In this document: positions 13,401 through 26,200 of the stretch, piece by piece
Layout of the letters: each line of letters starts with the position of its first letter
How positions within the stretch are numbered: position 1 is the first letter of the stretch
DNA from: Eledone cirrhosa
Taxonomy: Eukaryota
Assembly: GCA_964016885.1 (NCBI GenBank)
Contig: OZ024743.1
Coordinates: 131,750,001 to 131,814,000, forward strand
Direction: 5' to 3'
Length of the DNA stretch: 64,000 nucleotides
Position numbers and translations under genes: made by a program
The notes under the pieces: model-generated
Databases searched by the model: none
Told to the model about the DNA's origin: nothing
The model's input: the letters and a program-made list of their open reading frames with translations, nothing else

Positions 13401-16400
13401 GGTGTTAAGTGTTTGGTGCTTGGTGCTTGGTGTTTGGTGCTTGGTGCTTGGTGCTTGGTGTTTGGTGCATGGTGCTTGGTGTTTGGGGCTTGGTGCCTGG
13501 TGCTTTGTGTTTGGTGCTAGGTGCTTGGTGCTTGGTCTTTGGTGTTTGGTGCTTGGTGCTTGGTGCTTGGTGTTTGGTGCTTGGTGCTTGGTGCTTGGTT
13601 ATTAGTGTTTGGTGCTTGGTGCTTGGGGTTTGGTGTTTGGTGCTTGGTGCTTGGTGTTTGGTGTTTGCTGTATGGTGTTTGCTGTTTCGTGTTTGGTGTT
13701 TGCTGTTTGGTGTTTAAGGCTTGGTGCTTGGTGCTTGGTGTTTGGTGCTTGGTGCTTGGTGCTTGGTGTTTGGCGTTTGCTCTTTGCTGTTTGGTGTTTG
13801 GTGCTTGCTGTTTGGTGTTTGGTGTTTGGTGTTTGGTGTTTGGTGCTTGCTGTTTGGTGCTTGGTGCTTGGTGTTTGGTGTTTGGTGTTTGGTGCTTGGT
13901 GCTTGGTGGTTGGTGCTTGGTGCTGGGTGTTTGGTGCTAGGTGCTTGGTGTTTGGTGCTTGGTGCTTGGTGCTTGGTGCTTGGTCTTTGGTGCTTGGTGT
14001 TTGGTGTTTGGTGCTTGGTGCTTGGTGTTTGGTGCTTGGGGCTTGGTGTTTGGTGCTTGGTGATTGCTGCTTGGTGTTTGGTGTTTGGTGCTTGGTGCTT
14101 GGTGCTTGGTGATTAGTGTTTGGTGCTTGGTGCTTGGTGCTTGGTGCCTTGTGCTTGGTGCTTGGTGCTTGTTGTTTGGTGCTTGGTGCTTGGTGATTAG
14201 TGTTTGGTGCTTGGTGCTTGGTGCCTGGTGCTTGGTGCTTGTTGTTTGGTGCTTGGTGCTTGGTGATTAGTGTTTGGTGCTTGGTGCTTGGGGCTTGGTG
14301 TTTGGTGCTTGGTGCTTGCTGTTTGGTGGTTGCTGTTTAGTGCTTGGTGTTTGGTGCTTGGTGCTTGGTGCTGGGTGGTTGGTGTTTGGTGCTTGGTGCT
14401 TGGTGTTTGGTGCTTGGTGCTTGGTGCTTGTTGTTTGGTGCTTGGTGCTTGGTCTTTGGTGCTTGGTGTTTGGTGTTTGGTGCTTGGTGCTTGGTGCTTG
14501 GTTTTTGGTGCTTGGTGCTTGGTGCTTGGTGTTTGGTGCTTGGTGCTTGGTGCTTGTTGTTTGGTGCTTGGTGCTTGGTCTTTGGTGCTTGGTGTTTCGT
14601 GTTTGGTGCTTGTTGCTTCTTGTTTGGTGCTTAGTGCCTGGTGCTTGGTGTTTGGTGCTTGGTGCTTGGTGTTTGCTGATTGGTGCTTGGTGCTTGGTGC
14701 TTGGTGCTTAGTGCTTGGTGTTTGGTGTTTGGTGCTTGGTGTTTGGTGTTTGGTGTTTGATGCTTGGTTTTTGCTGCTTGGTGCTTGGTGCTTGGTGCTT
14801 GGTGTTCTGTGTTTGGTGCTTGGTGCTTGGTGCCTGGTGCTTGGTGCTTGGTGCTTGTTGTTTGGTGCTTGGTGCTTGGTGATTAGTCTTTGGTGCTTGG
14901 TGCTTGGTGTTTGGTGTTTCGTGTTTCGTGCTTGGTGCTTGGTGTTTGGTGTTTGGTGCTTGGTGTTTGGTGCTTGGTGCTTTGAGCTTGGTGTTTGGTG
15001 CTGGGTGTATGGTGTTTGGTGCTTGGTGCTTGGTGCTTGGTGTTTGGTGTTTGGTGCTTGGTACTTGGTGTTTGGTGTTTGATGCTTGGTGTTTGATGCT
15101 TGTTGCTTGGTGCTTGGTGTTTTGTGTTTGGTGTTTGGTGCTTGGTGTATGTACTTGGTGCTTGGTGCTTGGTGTTTGGTGCTTGGTGTTTGGTGTTTGG
15201 TGCTTGGTGTTTGGTACTTGGTGCTTGGTGCTTGGTGTTTGGTGCTTGGTTCTTGGTGTTTGGTGCTTGGTGCTTGGTGCTTGGTGTTTGGTGCTTGGTA
15301 CTTGGTGTTTGGTGCTTGGTGTTTGGTGTTTGGTGCTTGGTGTTTGGTACTTGGTGCTTGGTGCTTGGTGTTAAGTGTTTGGTGCTTGGTGCTTGGTGTT
15401 TGGTGCTTCGTGCTTGGTGCTTGGTGTTTGGTGCATGGTGCTTGGTGTTTGGGGCTTGGTGCCTGGTGCTTTCTGTTTGGTGCTAGGTGCTTGGTGCTTG
15501 GTCTTTGGTGTTTGGTGCTTGGTGCTTGGTGCTTGGTGTTTGGTGCTTGGTGCTTGGTGCTTGGTTATTAGTGTTTGGTGCTTGGTGCTTGGGGTTTGGT
15601 GTTTGGTGCTTGGTGCTTGGTGTTTGGTGTTTGCTGTATGGTGTTTGCTGTTTCGTGTTTGGTGTTTGGTGTTTGGTGTTTAATGCTTGGTGCTTGGTGT
15701 TTGGTGTTTGATGTTTGGTGCTTGGTGCTTGGTGTTTGGTGCTTGGTGCTTGGTGCTGGGTGTTTGGTGCTTGGTGCTTGGTGTTTGGTGCTTGGTGCTT
15801 GATGCTTGGTGCTTGGTGTTTGGTCCTTGGTGCTTGGTGCTTGGTCTTTGGTGCTTGGGGTTTGGTGTTTGGTGCTTGGTGCTTGGTGTTTGGTGCTTGG
15901 TGCTTGGTGCTTGGTGTTTGGTGTTTGGTGCTTGCTGCTTGGTGCTTGGTGTTTTGTGCTTGGTGCTTGGTGATTAGTGTTTGGTGCATGGTGCTTGGTG
16001 TTTGTTGTTTGGTGCTTGGTGCTTGGTGTTTGGTGCTTGGTGCTTGCTGTTTGGTGTTTGGTGTTTGGTGCTTGGTGCTTGGTGTTTGGTGTTTGGTGTT
16101 TGGTGTTTGGTGTTTGGTGCTTGGTGCTTGGTGTTTGGTGCTTGGTGTTTGGTGCTTGGTGTATGTACTTGGTGCTTGGTGCTTGGTGTTTGGTGCTTGG
16201 TTCTTGGTGTTTGGTGCTTGGTGCTTTGTACTTGGTGTTTGGTGCTTGGTGCTTGGTCTTTGGTGCTTGGTGTTTGGTGTTTGGTGCTTGGTGCTTGGTG
16301 TTTGGTGCTTGGTGCCTGGTGCTTGGTGTTTGGTGCTTGGTGCTTGGTGTTTGGTGATTGGTGCTTGGTGCTTGGTGCTTAGTGCTTGGTGTTTGGTGTT

Positions 16401-17200
16401 TGGTGCTTGGTGTTTGGTGTTTGATGCTTGGTGCTTGGTGCTTGGTGCTTGGTGCATGGTGTTCTGTGTTTGGTGCTTGGTGCTTGGTGCTTGTTGTTTG
16501 GTGCTTGGTGCTTGGTGCTTGGTATTTGGTGTTTGGTGTTTCGTGCTTGGTGTCTAGTGTTTGGGTTTTGGTGTTTGGTGCTTGGTGCTTAGTGTTTGGT
16601 GTTTGGTGCTTGGTGCTTGGTGTTTGGTGTTTGGTGCTTGGTGTTTGGTGCTTGGTGCTTTGTGCTTAGTGTTTGGTGCTGGGTGTATGGTGTTTGGTGC
16701 TTGGTGCTTGGTGCTTGGTGTTTGTTGTTTGGTGCTTGGTACTTGGTGTTTGGTGTTTGATGCTTGGTGTTTGATGCTTGTTGCTTGGTGCTTGGTGTTT
16801 TGTGTTTGGTGTTTGGTGCTTGGTGTATGTACTTGGTGCTTGGTGCTTGGTGTTTGGTGCTTGGTTCTTGGTGTTTGGTGCTTGGTGCTTGGTGCTTGGT
16901 GTTTGGTGCTTGGTGCTTGGTGTTTGGTGCTTGGTGTTTGGTGTTTGGTGCTTGGTGTTTGGTACTTGGTGCTTGGTGCTTGGTGTTAAGTGTTTGGTGC
17001 TTGGTTCTTGGTGTTTGGTGCTTCGTGCTTGGTGCTTGGTGTTTGGTGCATGGTGCTTGGTGTTTGGGGCTTGGTGCCTGGTGCTTTGTGTTTGGTGCTA
17101 GGTGCTTGGTGCTTGGTCTTTGGTGTTTGGTGCTTAGTACTTGGTGCTTGGTGTTTGGTGCTTGGTGCTTGGTGCTTGGTTATTAGTGTTTGGTGTTTGG
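1490..17200 (+). repeat. Three diverged copies of a 5.3-6.2-kb higher-order unit, starting near 1490, 7700 and 13050
   Basis: Matching ORF-track peptides and markers at offsets 6210 (1623/7833, 2703/8913), 6259 (3871/10130), 6238 (4382/10620), 5350 (7833/13183) and 5357 (8913/14270). ATGTAC gaps of 1896, 1896 and 1903 bp recur. The right boundary is approximate. Confidence 0.8.
1518..2160 (+). repeat. Representative copy of the recurrent ~0.65-kb core module (ordered string of variant monomers)
   Basis: Order: TTTGTGC..TGGGTGT-ATGGTGT..TTGGTAC..TTGATGC-TTGGTGT-TTGATGC-TTGTTGC..TTTGTGT..ATGTAC..TTGGTTC..TTGGTAC..TAAGTGT..ATGGTGC..TTGGGGC-TTGGTGC-CTGGTGC-TTTGTGT-TTGGTGC-TAGGTGC-TTGGTGC-TTGGTCT..TTGGTTA-TTAGTGT..TTGGGGT..TTGCTGT-ATGGTGT-TTGCTGT-TTCGTGT..TTAATGC. 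The same order recurs whole or in part at e.g. 7728, 13078, ~21550, ~28975, ~40740, ~51905 and ~55885. Confidence 0.92.
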
Positions 17201-20200
17201 TGTTTGGTGCTTGGTGTTTGGTACTTGGTGCTTGGTGCTTGGTGTTAAGTGTTTGGTGCTTGGTGCTTGGTGTTTGGTGCTTGGTGCTTGGTGTTTGGTG
17301 CTTGGTGCTTGGTGTTTGGTACTTGGTGCTTGGTGTTTGGTGTTTGGTGCTTGGTGTTTGGTGCTTGGTGCTTCGTGCTTGGTGTTAAGTGTTTGGTGCT
17401 TGGTCTTTGGTGGTTGGTGTTTGGTGTTTGGTGCTTGGTGCTTGGTGTTTGGTGCTTGGTGTTTGGTGCTTGGTGTTCGGTGCTTGGTGCTTGGTGCTTG
17501 GTACTTGGTGTTAGGTTTTTGGTGCTTGGGGCTTGGTGTTTGGTGTTTGGTGCTTGGTGCTTGGTGTTTGGTGTTTGGTGCTTGGTGTTTGGTGTTTGGT
17601 GCTTTGTGCTTGGTGTTTGGTGCTGGGTGTATGGTGTTTGGTGCTTGGTGCTTGGTGCTTGGTGTTTGGTGTTTGGTGCTTGGTACTTGGTGTTTGGTGT
17701 TTGATGCTTGGTGTTTGATGCTTGTTGCTTGGTGCTTGGTGTTTTGTGTTTGGTGTTTGGTGCTTGGTGTATGTACTTGGTGCTTGGTGCTTGGTGTTTG
17801 GTGCTTGGTTCTTGGTGTTTGGTGCTTGGTGCTTGGTGCTTGGTGTTTTGTGCTTGGTGCTTGGTGATTAGTGTTTGGTGCATGGTGCTTGGTGTTTGTT
17901 GTTTGGTGCTTGGTGCTTGGTGTTTGGTGCTTGGTGCTTGCTGTTTGGTGTTTGGTGTTTGGTGCTTGGTGCTTGGTGTTTGGTGTTTGGTGTTTGGTGT
18001 TTGGTGTTTGGTGCTTGGTGCTTGGTGTTTGGTGCTTGGTGTTTGGTGTTTGGTGCTTGGTGTTTGGTACTTGGTGCTTGGTGCTTGGTGTTAAGTGTTT
18101 GGTGCTTGGTGCTTGGTGTTTGGTGCTTCGTGCTTGGTGCTTGGTGTTTGGTGCATGGTGCTTGGTGTTTGGGGCTTGGTGCCTGGGGCTTTGTGTTTGG
18201 TGCTAGGTGCTTGGTGCTTGGTCTTTGGTGTTTGGTGCTTGGTGCTTGGTGCTTGGTGTTTGGTGCTTGGTGCTTGGTGCTTGGTTATTAGTGTTTGGTG
18301 CTTGGTGCTTGGGGTTTGGTGTTTGGTGCTTGGTGCTTGGTGTTTGGTGTTTGCTGTATGGTGTTTGCTGTTTCGTGGTTGGTGTTTGCTGTTTGGTGTT
18401 TAATGCTTGGTGCTTGGTGCTTGGTGTTTGGTGCTTGGTGCTTGGTGCTTGGTGTTTGGCGTTTGCTCTTTGCTGTTTGGTGTTTGGTGCTTGCTGTTTG
18501 GTGTTTGGTGTTTGGTGTTTGGTGTTTGGTGCTTGCTGTTTGGTGCTTGGTGCTTGGTGTTTGGTGTTTGGTGTTTGGTTCTTGGTGCTTGGTGTTTGGT
18601 GGTTGGTGCTTGGTGCTGGGTGTTTGGTGCTAGGTGCTTGGTGTTTGGTGCTTGGTGTTTGGTGTTTGGTGTTTGGTGCTTGGTGCTTGGTCTTTGGTGC
18701 TTGGTGTTTGGTGCTTGGTGCTTGGTGCTTGGTGTTTGGTGCTTGGGGCTTGGTGTTTGGTGCTTGGTGATTGCTGCTTGGTGTTTGGTGTTTGGTGCTT
18801 GGTGCTTGGTGCTTGGTGATTAGTGTTTGGTGCTTGGTGCTTGGTGCCTTGTGCTTGGTGCTTGGTGCTTGTTGTTTGGTGCTTGGTGCCTGGTGATTAG
18901 TGTTTGGTGCTTGGTGCTTGGTGCCTGGTGCTTGGTGCTTGTTGTTTGGTGCTTGGTGCTTGGTGATTAGTGTTTGGTGCTTGGTGCTTGGGGCTTGGTG
19001 TTTGGTGCTTGGTGCTTGGTGCTTGGTGTTTGGTGTTTGGTGCTTGCTGCTTGGTGCTTGTTGTTTTGTGCTTGGTGCTTGGTGATTAGTGTTTGGTGCA
19101 TGGTGCTTGGTGTTTGTTGTTTGGTGCTTGGTGCTTGGTGTTTGGTGCTTGGTGCTTGCTGTTTGGTGTTTGGTGTTTGGTGCTTGGTGCTTGGTGTTTG
19201 GTGTTTGGTGTTTGGTGTTTGGTGTTTGGTGCTTGGTGCTTGGTGTTTGGTGCTTGGTGTTTGGTGCTTGGTGTATGTACTTGGTGCTTGGTGCTTGGTG
19301 TTTGGTGCTTGGTTCTTGGTGTTTGGTGCTTGGTGCTTTGTACTTGGTGTTTGGTGCTTGGTGCTTGGTCTTTGGTGCTTGGTGTTTGGTGTTTGGTGCT
19401 TGGTGCTTGGTGTTTGGTGCTTGGTGCCTGGTGCTTGGTGTTTGGTGCTTGGTGCTTGGTGTTTGGTGATTGGTGCTTGGTGCTTGGTGCTTAGTGCTTG
19501 GTGTTTGGTGTTTGGTGCTTGTTGTTTGGTGTTTGATGCTTGGTGCTTGGTGCTTGGTGCTTGGTGCATGGTGTTCTGTGTTTGGTGCTTGGTGCTTGGT
19601 GCTTGTTGTTTGGTGCTTGGTGCTTGGTGATTAGTCTTTGGTGCTTGGTGCTTGGTATTTGGTGTTTGGTGTTTCGTGCTTGGTGTCTAGTGTTTGGGTT
19701 CTGGTGTTTGGTGCTTGGTGCTTAGTGTTTGGTGTTTGGTGCTTGGTGCTTGGTGTTTGGTGTTTGGTGCTTGGTGTTTGGTGCTTGGTGCTTTGTGCTT
19801 AGTGTTTGGTGCTGGGTGTATGGTGTTTGGTGCTTGGTGCTTGGTGATTAGTCTTTGGTGCTTGGTGCATGGTATTTGGTGTTTGGTGTTTCGTGATTGG
19901 GGTCTAGTGTTTGGGTTTTGGTGTTTGGTGCTTGGTGCTTAGTGTTTGGTGTTTGGTGCTTGGTGCTTGGTGTTTGGTGTTTGGTGTTTGGTGCTTGGTG
20001 CTTGGTGCTTTGTGCTTAGTGTTTGGTGCTGGGTGTATGGTGTTTGGTGCTTGGTGCTTGGTGCTTGGTGTTTGTTGTTTGGTGCTTGGTACTTGGTGTT
20101 TGGTGTTTGATGCTTGGTGTTTGATGCTTGTTGCTTGGTGCTTGGTGTTTTGTGTTTGGTGTTTGGTGCTTGGTGTATGTACTTGGTGCTTGGTGTTTGG

Positions 20201-23200
20201 TGCTTGGTTCTTGGTGTTTGGTGCTTGGTGCTTGGTGCTTGGTGTTTGGTGCTTGGTGCTTGGTGTTTGGTGCTTGGTGTTTGGTATTTGGTGCTTGGTG
20301 TTTGGTACTTGGTGCTTGGTGCTTGGTGTTAAGTGTTTGGTGCTTGGTGTTTGGTGCTTCGTGCTTGGTGCTTGGTGTTTGGTGCATGGTGCTTGTTGTT
20401 TGGGGCTTGGTGCCTGGTGCTTTGTGTTTGGTGCTAGGTGCTTGGTGCTTGGTCTTTGGTGTTTGGTGCTTGGTACTTGGTGCTTGGTGTTTGGTGCTTG
20501 GTGCTTGGTGCTTGGTTATTAGTGTTTGGTGTTTGGTGCTTGGCGCTTGGTGTTTGGTGCTTGGTGCTTGGTGCTTGGTGTTTGGTGTTTGGTGCTTGCT
20601 GCTTGGTGCTTGGTGTTTGGTGCTTGGTGCTTGGTGCTTGGTGTTTGGTGCTTGGTGCTTGCTGTTTGGTGTTTGGTCTTTGGTGCTTGGTGCTTGGTGT
20701 TTGGTGTTTGGTGTTTGGTGTTTGGTGTTTGGTGCTTGGTGCTTGGTGTTTGGTGCTTGGTGTTTGGTGCTTGGTGTATGTACTTGGTGCTTGGTGCTTG
20801 GTGTTTGGTGCTTGGTTCTTGGTGTTTGGTGCTTGGTGCTTGGTGCTTGGTGTTTGGTGCTTGGTGCTTGGTGTTTGGTACTTGGTGCTTGGTGTTTGGT
20901 GTTTGGTGTTTGGTGCTTGGTGCTTGGTGCTTGGTGTTAAGTGTTTGGTGCTTGGTGCTTCGTGTTTGGTGCTTCGTGCTTGGTGCTTGGTGTTTGGTGC
21001 ATGGTGCTTGATGTTTGGGGCTTGGTGCCTGGTGCTTGGTGTTTGGTGCTTGGTGCTTGGTGCTTGGTGTTTGGTGTTTGGTGCTTGGTGCTTGGTGTTT
21101 GGTGCTTGGTGTTTGGTGCTTGGTGTTCGGTGCTTGGTGCTTGGTGCTTGGTGCTTGGTGCTTGGTGCTTGGTGCTTGGTCTTTGGTGCTTGGTGTTTGG
21201 TGCTTGGTGCTTGGTGCTTGGTGTTTGGTGCTTGGGGCTTGGTGTTTGGTGCTTGGTGATTGCTGCTTGGTGTTTGGTGTTTGGTGCTTGGTGCTTGGTG
21301 CTTGGTGATTAGTGTTTGGTGCTTGGTGCTTGGTGCCTTGTGCTTGGTGCTTGGTGGTTGGTGTTTGGTGTTTGGTGCTTGGTGCTTGGTGTTTGGTGCT
21401 TGGTGTTTGGTGCTTGGTGTTCGGTGCTTGGTGCTTGGTGCTTGGTACTTGGTGTTAGGTTTTTGGTGCTTGGGGCTTGGTGTTTGGTGTTTGGTGCTTG
21501 GTGCTTGGTGTTTGGTGTTTGGTGCTTGGTGTTTGGTGTTTGGTGCTTTGTGCTTGGTGTTTGGTGCTGGGTGTATGGTGTTTGGTGCTTGGTGCTTGGT
21601 GCTTGGTGTTTGGTGTTTGGTGCTTGGTACTTGGTGTTTGGTGTTTGATGCTTGGTGTTTGATGCTTGTTGCTTGGTGCTTGGTGTTTTGTGTTTGGTGT
21701 TTGGTGCTTGGTGTATGTACTTGGTGCTTGGTGATTGGTGTTTGGTGCTTGGTTCTTGGTTTTTGGTGCTTGGTGCTTGGTGCTTGGTGTTTGGTGCTTG
21801 GTGCTTGGTGTTTGGTGCTTGGTGTTTGGTGTTTGGTGCTTGGTGTTTGGTACTTGGTGCTTGGTGCTTGGTGTTAAGTGTTTGGTGCTTGGTGCTTGGT
21901 GTTTGGTGCTTGGTGCTTGGTGCTTGGTGTTTGGTGCATGGTGCTTGGTGTTTGGGGCTTGGTGCCTGGTGCTTTGTGTTTGGTGCTAGGTGCTTGGTGC
22001 TTGGTCTTTGGTGTTTGGTGCTTGGTGCTTGGTGCTTGGTGTTTGGTGCTTGGTGCTTGGTGCTTGGTTATTAGTGTTTGGTGCTTGGTGCTTGGGGTTT
22101 GGTGTTTGGTGCTTGGTGCTTGGTGTTTGGTGTTTGCTGTATGGTGTTTGCTGTTTCGTGTTTGGTGTTTGCTGTTTGGTGTTTAAGGCTTGGTGCTTGG
22201 TGCTTGGTGTTTGGTGCTTGGTGCTTGGTGCTTGGTGTTTGGCGTTTGCTCTTTGCTGTTTGGTGTTTGGTGCTTGCTGTTTGGTGTTTGGTGTTTGGTG
22301 TTTGGTGTTTGGTGCTTGCTGTTTGGTGCTTGGTGCTTGGTGTTTGGTGTTTGGTGTTTGGTGCTTGGTGCTTGGTGGTTGGTGCTTGGTGCTGGGTGTT
22401 TGGTGCTAGGTGCTTGGTGTTTGGTGCTTGGTGCTTGGTGCTTGGTGCTTGGTCTTTGGTGCTTGGTGTTTGGTGTTTGGTGCTTGGTGCTTGGTGTTTG
22501 GTGCTTGGGGCTTGGTGTTTGGTGCTTGGTGATTGCTGCTTGGTGTTTGGTGTTTGGTGCTTGGTGCTTGGTGCTTGGTGATTAGTGTTTGGTGCTTGGT
22601 GCTTGGTGCTTGGTGCCTTGTGCTTGGTGCTTGGTGCTTGTTGTTTGGTGCTTGGTGCTTGGTGATTAGTGTTTGGTGCTTGGTGCTTGGTGCCTGGTGC
22701 TTGGTGCTTGTTGTTTGGTGCTTGGTGCTTGGTGATTAGTGTTTGGTGCTTGGTGCTTGGGGCTTGGTGTTTGGTGCTTGGTGCTTGCTGTTTGGTGGTT
22801 GCTGTTTAGTGCTTGGTGTTTGGTGCTTGGTGCTTGGTGCTGGGTGGTTGGTGTTTGGTGCTTGGTGCTTGGTGTTTGGTGCTTGGTGCTTGGTGCTTGT
22901 TGTTTGGTGCTTGGTGCTTGGTCTTTGGTGCTTGGTGTTTGGTGTTTGGTGCTTGGTGCTTGGTGCTTGGTTTTTGGTGCTTGGTGCTTGGTGCTTGGTG
23001 TTTGGTGCTTGGTGCTTGGTGCTTGTTGTTTGGTGCTTGGTGCTTGGTCTTTGGTGCTTAGTGTTTCGTGTTTGGTGCTTGTTGCTTCTTGTTTGGTGCT
23101 TAGTGCCTGGTGCTTGGTGTTTGGTGCTTGGTGCTTGGTGTTTGCTGATTGGTGCTTGGTGCTTGGTGCTTGGTGCTTAGTGCTTGGTGTTTGGTGTTTG

Positions 23201-26200
23201 GTGCTTGGTGTTTGGTGTTTGGTGTTTGATGCTTGGTTTTTGCTGCTTGGTGCTTGGTGCTTGGTGCTTGGTGTTCTGTGTTTGGTGCTTGGTGCTTGGT
23301 GCCTGGTGCTTGGTGCTTGGTGCTTGTTGTTTGGTGCTTGGTGCTTGGTGATTAGTCTTTGGTGCTTGGTGCTTGGTGTTTGGTGTTTCGTGTTTCGTGC
23401 TTGGTGCTTGGTGTTTGGTGTTTGGTGCTTGGTGTTTGGTGCTTGGTGCTTTGAGCTTGGTGTTTGGTGCTGGGTGTATGGTGTTTGGTGCTTGGTGCTT
23501 GGTGCTTGGTGTTTGGTGTTTGGTGCTTGGTACTTGGTGTTTGGTGTTTGATGCTTGGTGTTTGATGCTTGTTGCTTGGTGCTTGGTGTTTTGTGTTTGG
23601 TGTTTGGTGCTTGGTGTATGTACTTGGTGCTTGGTGCTTGGTGTTTGGTGCTTGGTGTTTGGTGTTTGGTGCTTGGTGTTTGGTACTTGGTGCTTGGTGC
23701 TTGGTGTTTGGTGCTTGGTTCTTGGTGTTTGGTGCTTGGTGCTTGGTGCTTGGTGTTTGGTGCTTGGTACTTGGTGTTTGGTGCTTGGTGTTTGGTGTTT
23801 GGTGCTTGGTGTTTGGTACTTGGTGCTTGGTGCTTGGTGTTAAGTGTTTGGTGCTTGGTGCTTGGTGTTTGGTGCTTCGTGCTTGGTGCTTGGTGTTTGG
23901 TGCATGGTGCTTGGTGTTTGGGGCTTGGTGCCTGGTGCTTTCTGTTTGGTGCTAGGTGCTTGGTGCTTGGTCTTTGGTGTTTGGTGCTTGGTGCTTGGTG
24001 CTTGGTGTTTGGTGCTTGGTGCTTGGTGCTTGGTTATTAGTGTTTGGTGCTTGGTGCTTGGGGTTTGGTGTTTGGTGCTTGGTGCTTGGTGTTTGGTGTT
24101 TGCTGTATGGTGTTTGCTGTTTCGTGTTTGGTGTTTGGTGTTTGGTGTTTAATGCTTGGTGCTTGGTGTTTGGTGTTTGATGTTTGGTGCTTGGTGCTTG
24201 GTGTTTGGTGCTTGGTGCTTGGTGCTGGGTGTTTGGTGCTTGGTGCTTGGTGTTTGGTGCTTGGTGCTTGATGCTTGGTGCTTGGTGTTTGGTCCTTGGT
24301 GCTTGGTGCTTGGTCTTTGGTGCTTGGGGTTTGGTGTTTGGTGCTTGGTGCTTGGTGTTTGGTGCTTGGTGCTTGGTGCTTGGTGTTTGGTGTTTGGTGC
24401 TTGCTGCTTGGTGCTTGGTGTTTTGTGCTTGGTGCTTGGTGATTAGTGTTTGGTGCATGGTGCTTGGTGTTTGTTGTTTGGTGCTTGGTGCTTGGTGTTT
24501 GGTGCTTGGTGCTTGCTGTTTGGTGTTTGGTGTTTGGTGCTTGGTGCTTGGTGTTTGGTGTTTGGTGTTTGGTGTTTGGTGTTTGGTGCTTGGTGCTTGG
24601 TGTTTGGTGCTTGGTGTTTGGTGCTTGGTGTATGTACTTGGTGCTTGGTGCTTGGTGTTTGGTGCTTGGTTCTTGGTGTTTGGTGCTTGGTGCTTTGTAC
24701 TTGGTGTTTGGTGCTTGGTGCTTGGTCTTTGGTGCTTGGTGTTTGGTGTTTGGTGCTTGGTGCTTGGTGTTTGGTGCTTGGTGCCTGGTGCTTGGTGTTT
24801 GGTGCTTGGTGCTTGGTGTTTGGTGATTGGTGCTTGGTGCTTGGTGCTTAGTGCTTGGTGTTTGGTGTTTGGTGCTTGGTGTTTGGTGTTTGATGCTTGG
24901 TGCTTGGTGCTTGGTGCTTGGTGCATGGTGTTCTGTGTTTGGTGCTTGGTGCTTGGTGCTTGTTGTTTGGTGCTTGGTGCTTGGTGCTTGGTATTTGGTG
25001 TTTGGTGTTTCGTGCTTGGTGTCTAGTGTTTGGGTTTTGGTGTTTGGTGCTTGGTGCTTAGTGTTTGGTGTTTGGTGCTTGGTGCTTGGTGTTTGGTGTT
25101 TGGTGCTTGGTGTTTGGTGCTTGGTGCTTTGTGCTTAGTGTTTGGTGCTGGGTGTATGGTGTTTGGTGCTTGGTGCTTGGTGCTTGGTGTTTGTTGTTTG
25201 GTGCTTGGTACTTGGTGTTTGGTGTTTGATGCTTGGTGTTTGATGCTTGTTGCTTGGTGCTTGGTGTTTTGTGTTTGGTGTTTGGTGCTTGGTGTATGTA
25301 CTTGGTGCTTGGTGCTTGGTGTTTGGTGCTTGGTTCTTGGTGTTTGGTGCTTGGTGCTTGGTGCTTGGTGTTTGGTGCTTGGTGCTTGGTGTTTGGTGCT
25401 TGGTGTTTGGTGTTTGGTGCTTGGTGTTTGGTACTTGGTGCTTGGTGCTTGGTGTTAAGTGTTTGGTGCTTGGTTCTTGGTGTTTGGTGCTTCGTGCTTG
25501 GTGCTTGGTGTTTGGTGCATGGTGCTTGGTGTTTGGGGCTTGGTGCCTGGTGCTTTGTGTTTGGTGCTAGGTGCTTGGTGCTTGGTCTTTGGTGTTTGGT
25601 GCTTAGTACTTGGTGCTTGGTGTTTGGTGCTTGGTGCTTGGTGCTTGGTTATTAGTGTTTGGTGTTTGGTGTTTGGTGCTTGGTGTTTGGTACTTGGTGC
25701 TTGGTGCTTGGTGTTAAGTGTTTGGTGCTTGGTGCTTGGTGTTTGGTGCTTGGTGCTTGGTGTTTGGTGCTTGGTGCTTGGTGTTTGGTACTTGGTGCTT
25801 GGTGTTTGGTGTTTGGTGCTTGGTGTTTGGTGCTTGGTGCTTCGTGCTTGGTGTTAAGTGTTTGGTGCTTGGTCTTTGGTGGTTGGTGTTTGGTGTTTGG
25901 TGCTTGGTGCTTGGTGTTTGGTGCTTGGTGTTTGGTGCTTGGTGTTCGGTGCTTGGTGCTTGGTGCTTGGTACTTGGTGTTAGGTTTTTGGTGCTTGGGG
26001 CTTGGTGTTTGGTGTTTGGTGCTTGGTGCTTGGTGTTTGGTGTTTGGTGCTTGGTGTTTGGTGTTTGGTGCTTTGTGCTTGGTGTTTGGTGCTGGGTGTA
26101 TGGTGTTTGGTGCTTGGTGCTTGGTGCTTGGTGTTTGGTGTTTGGTGCTTGGTACTTGGTGTTTGGTGTTTGATGCTTGGTGTTTGATGCTTGTTGCTTG

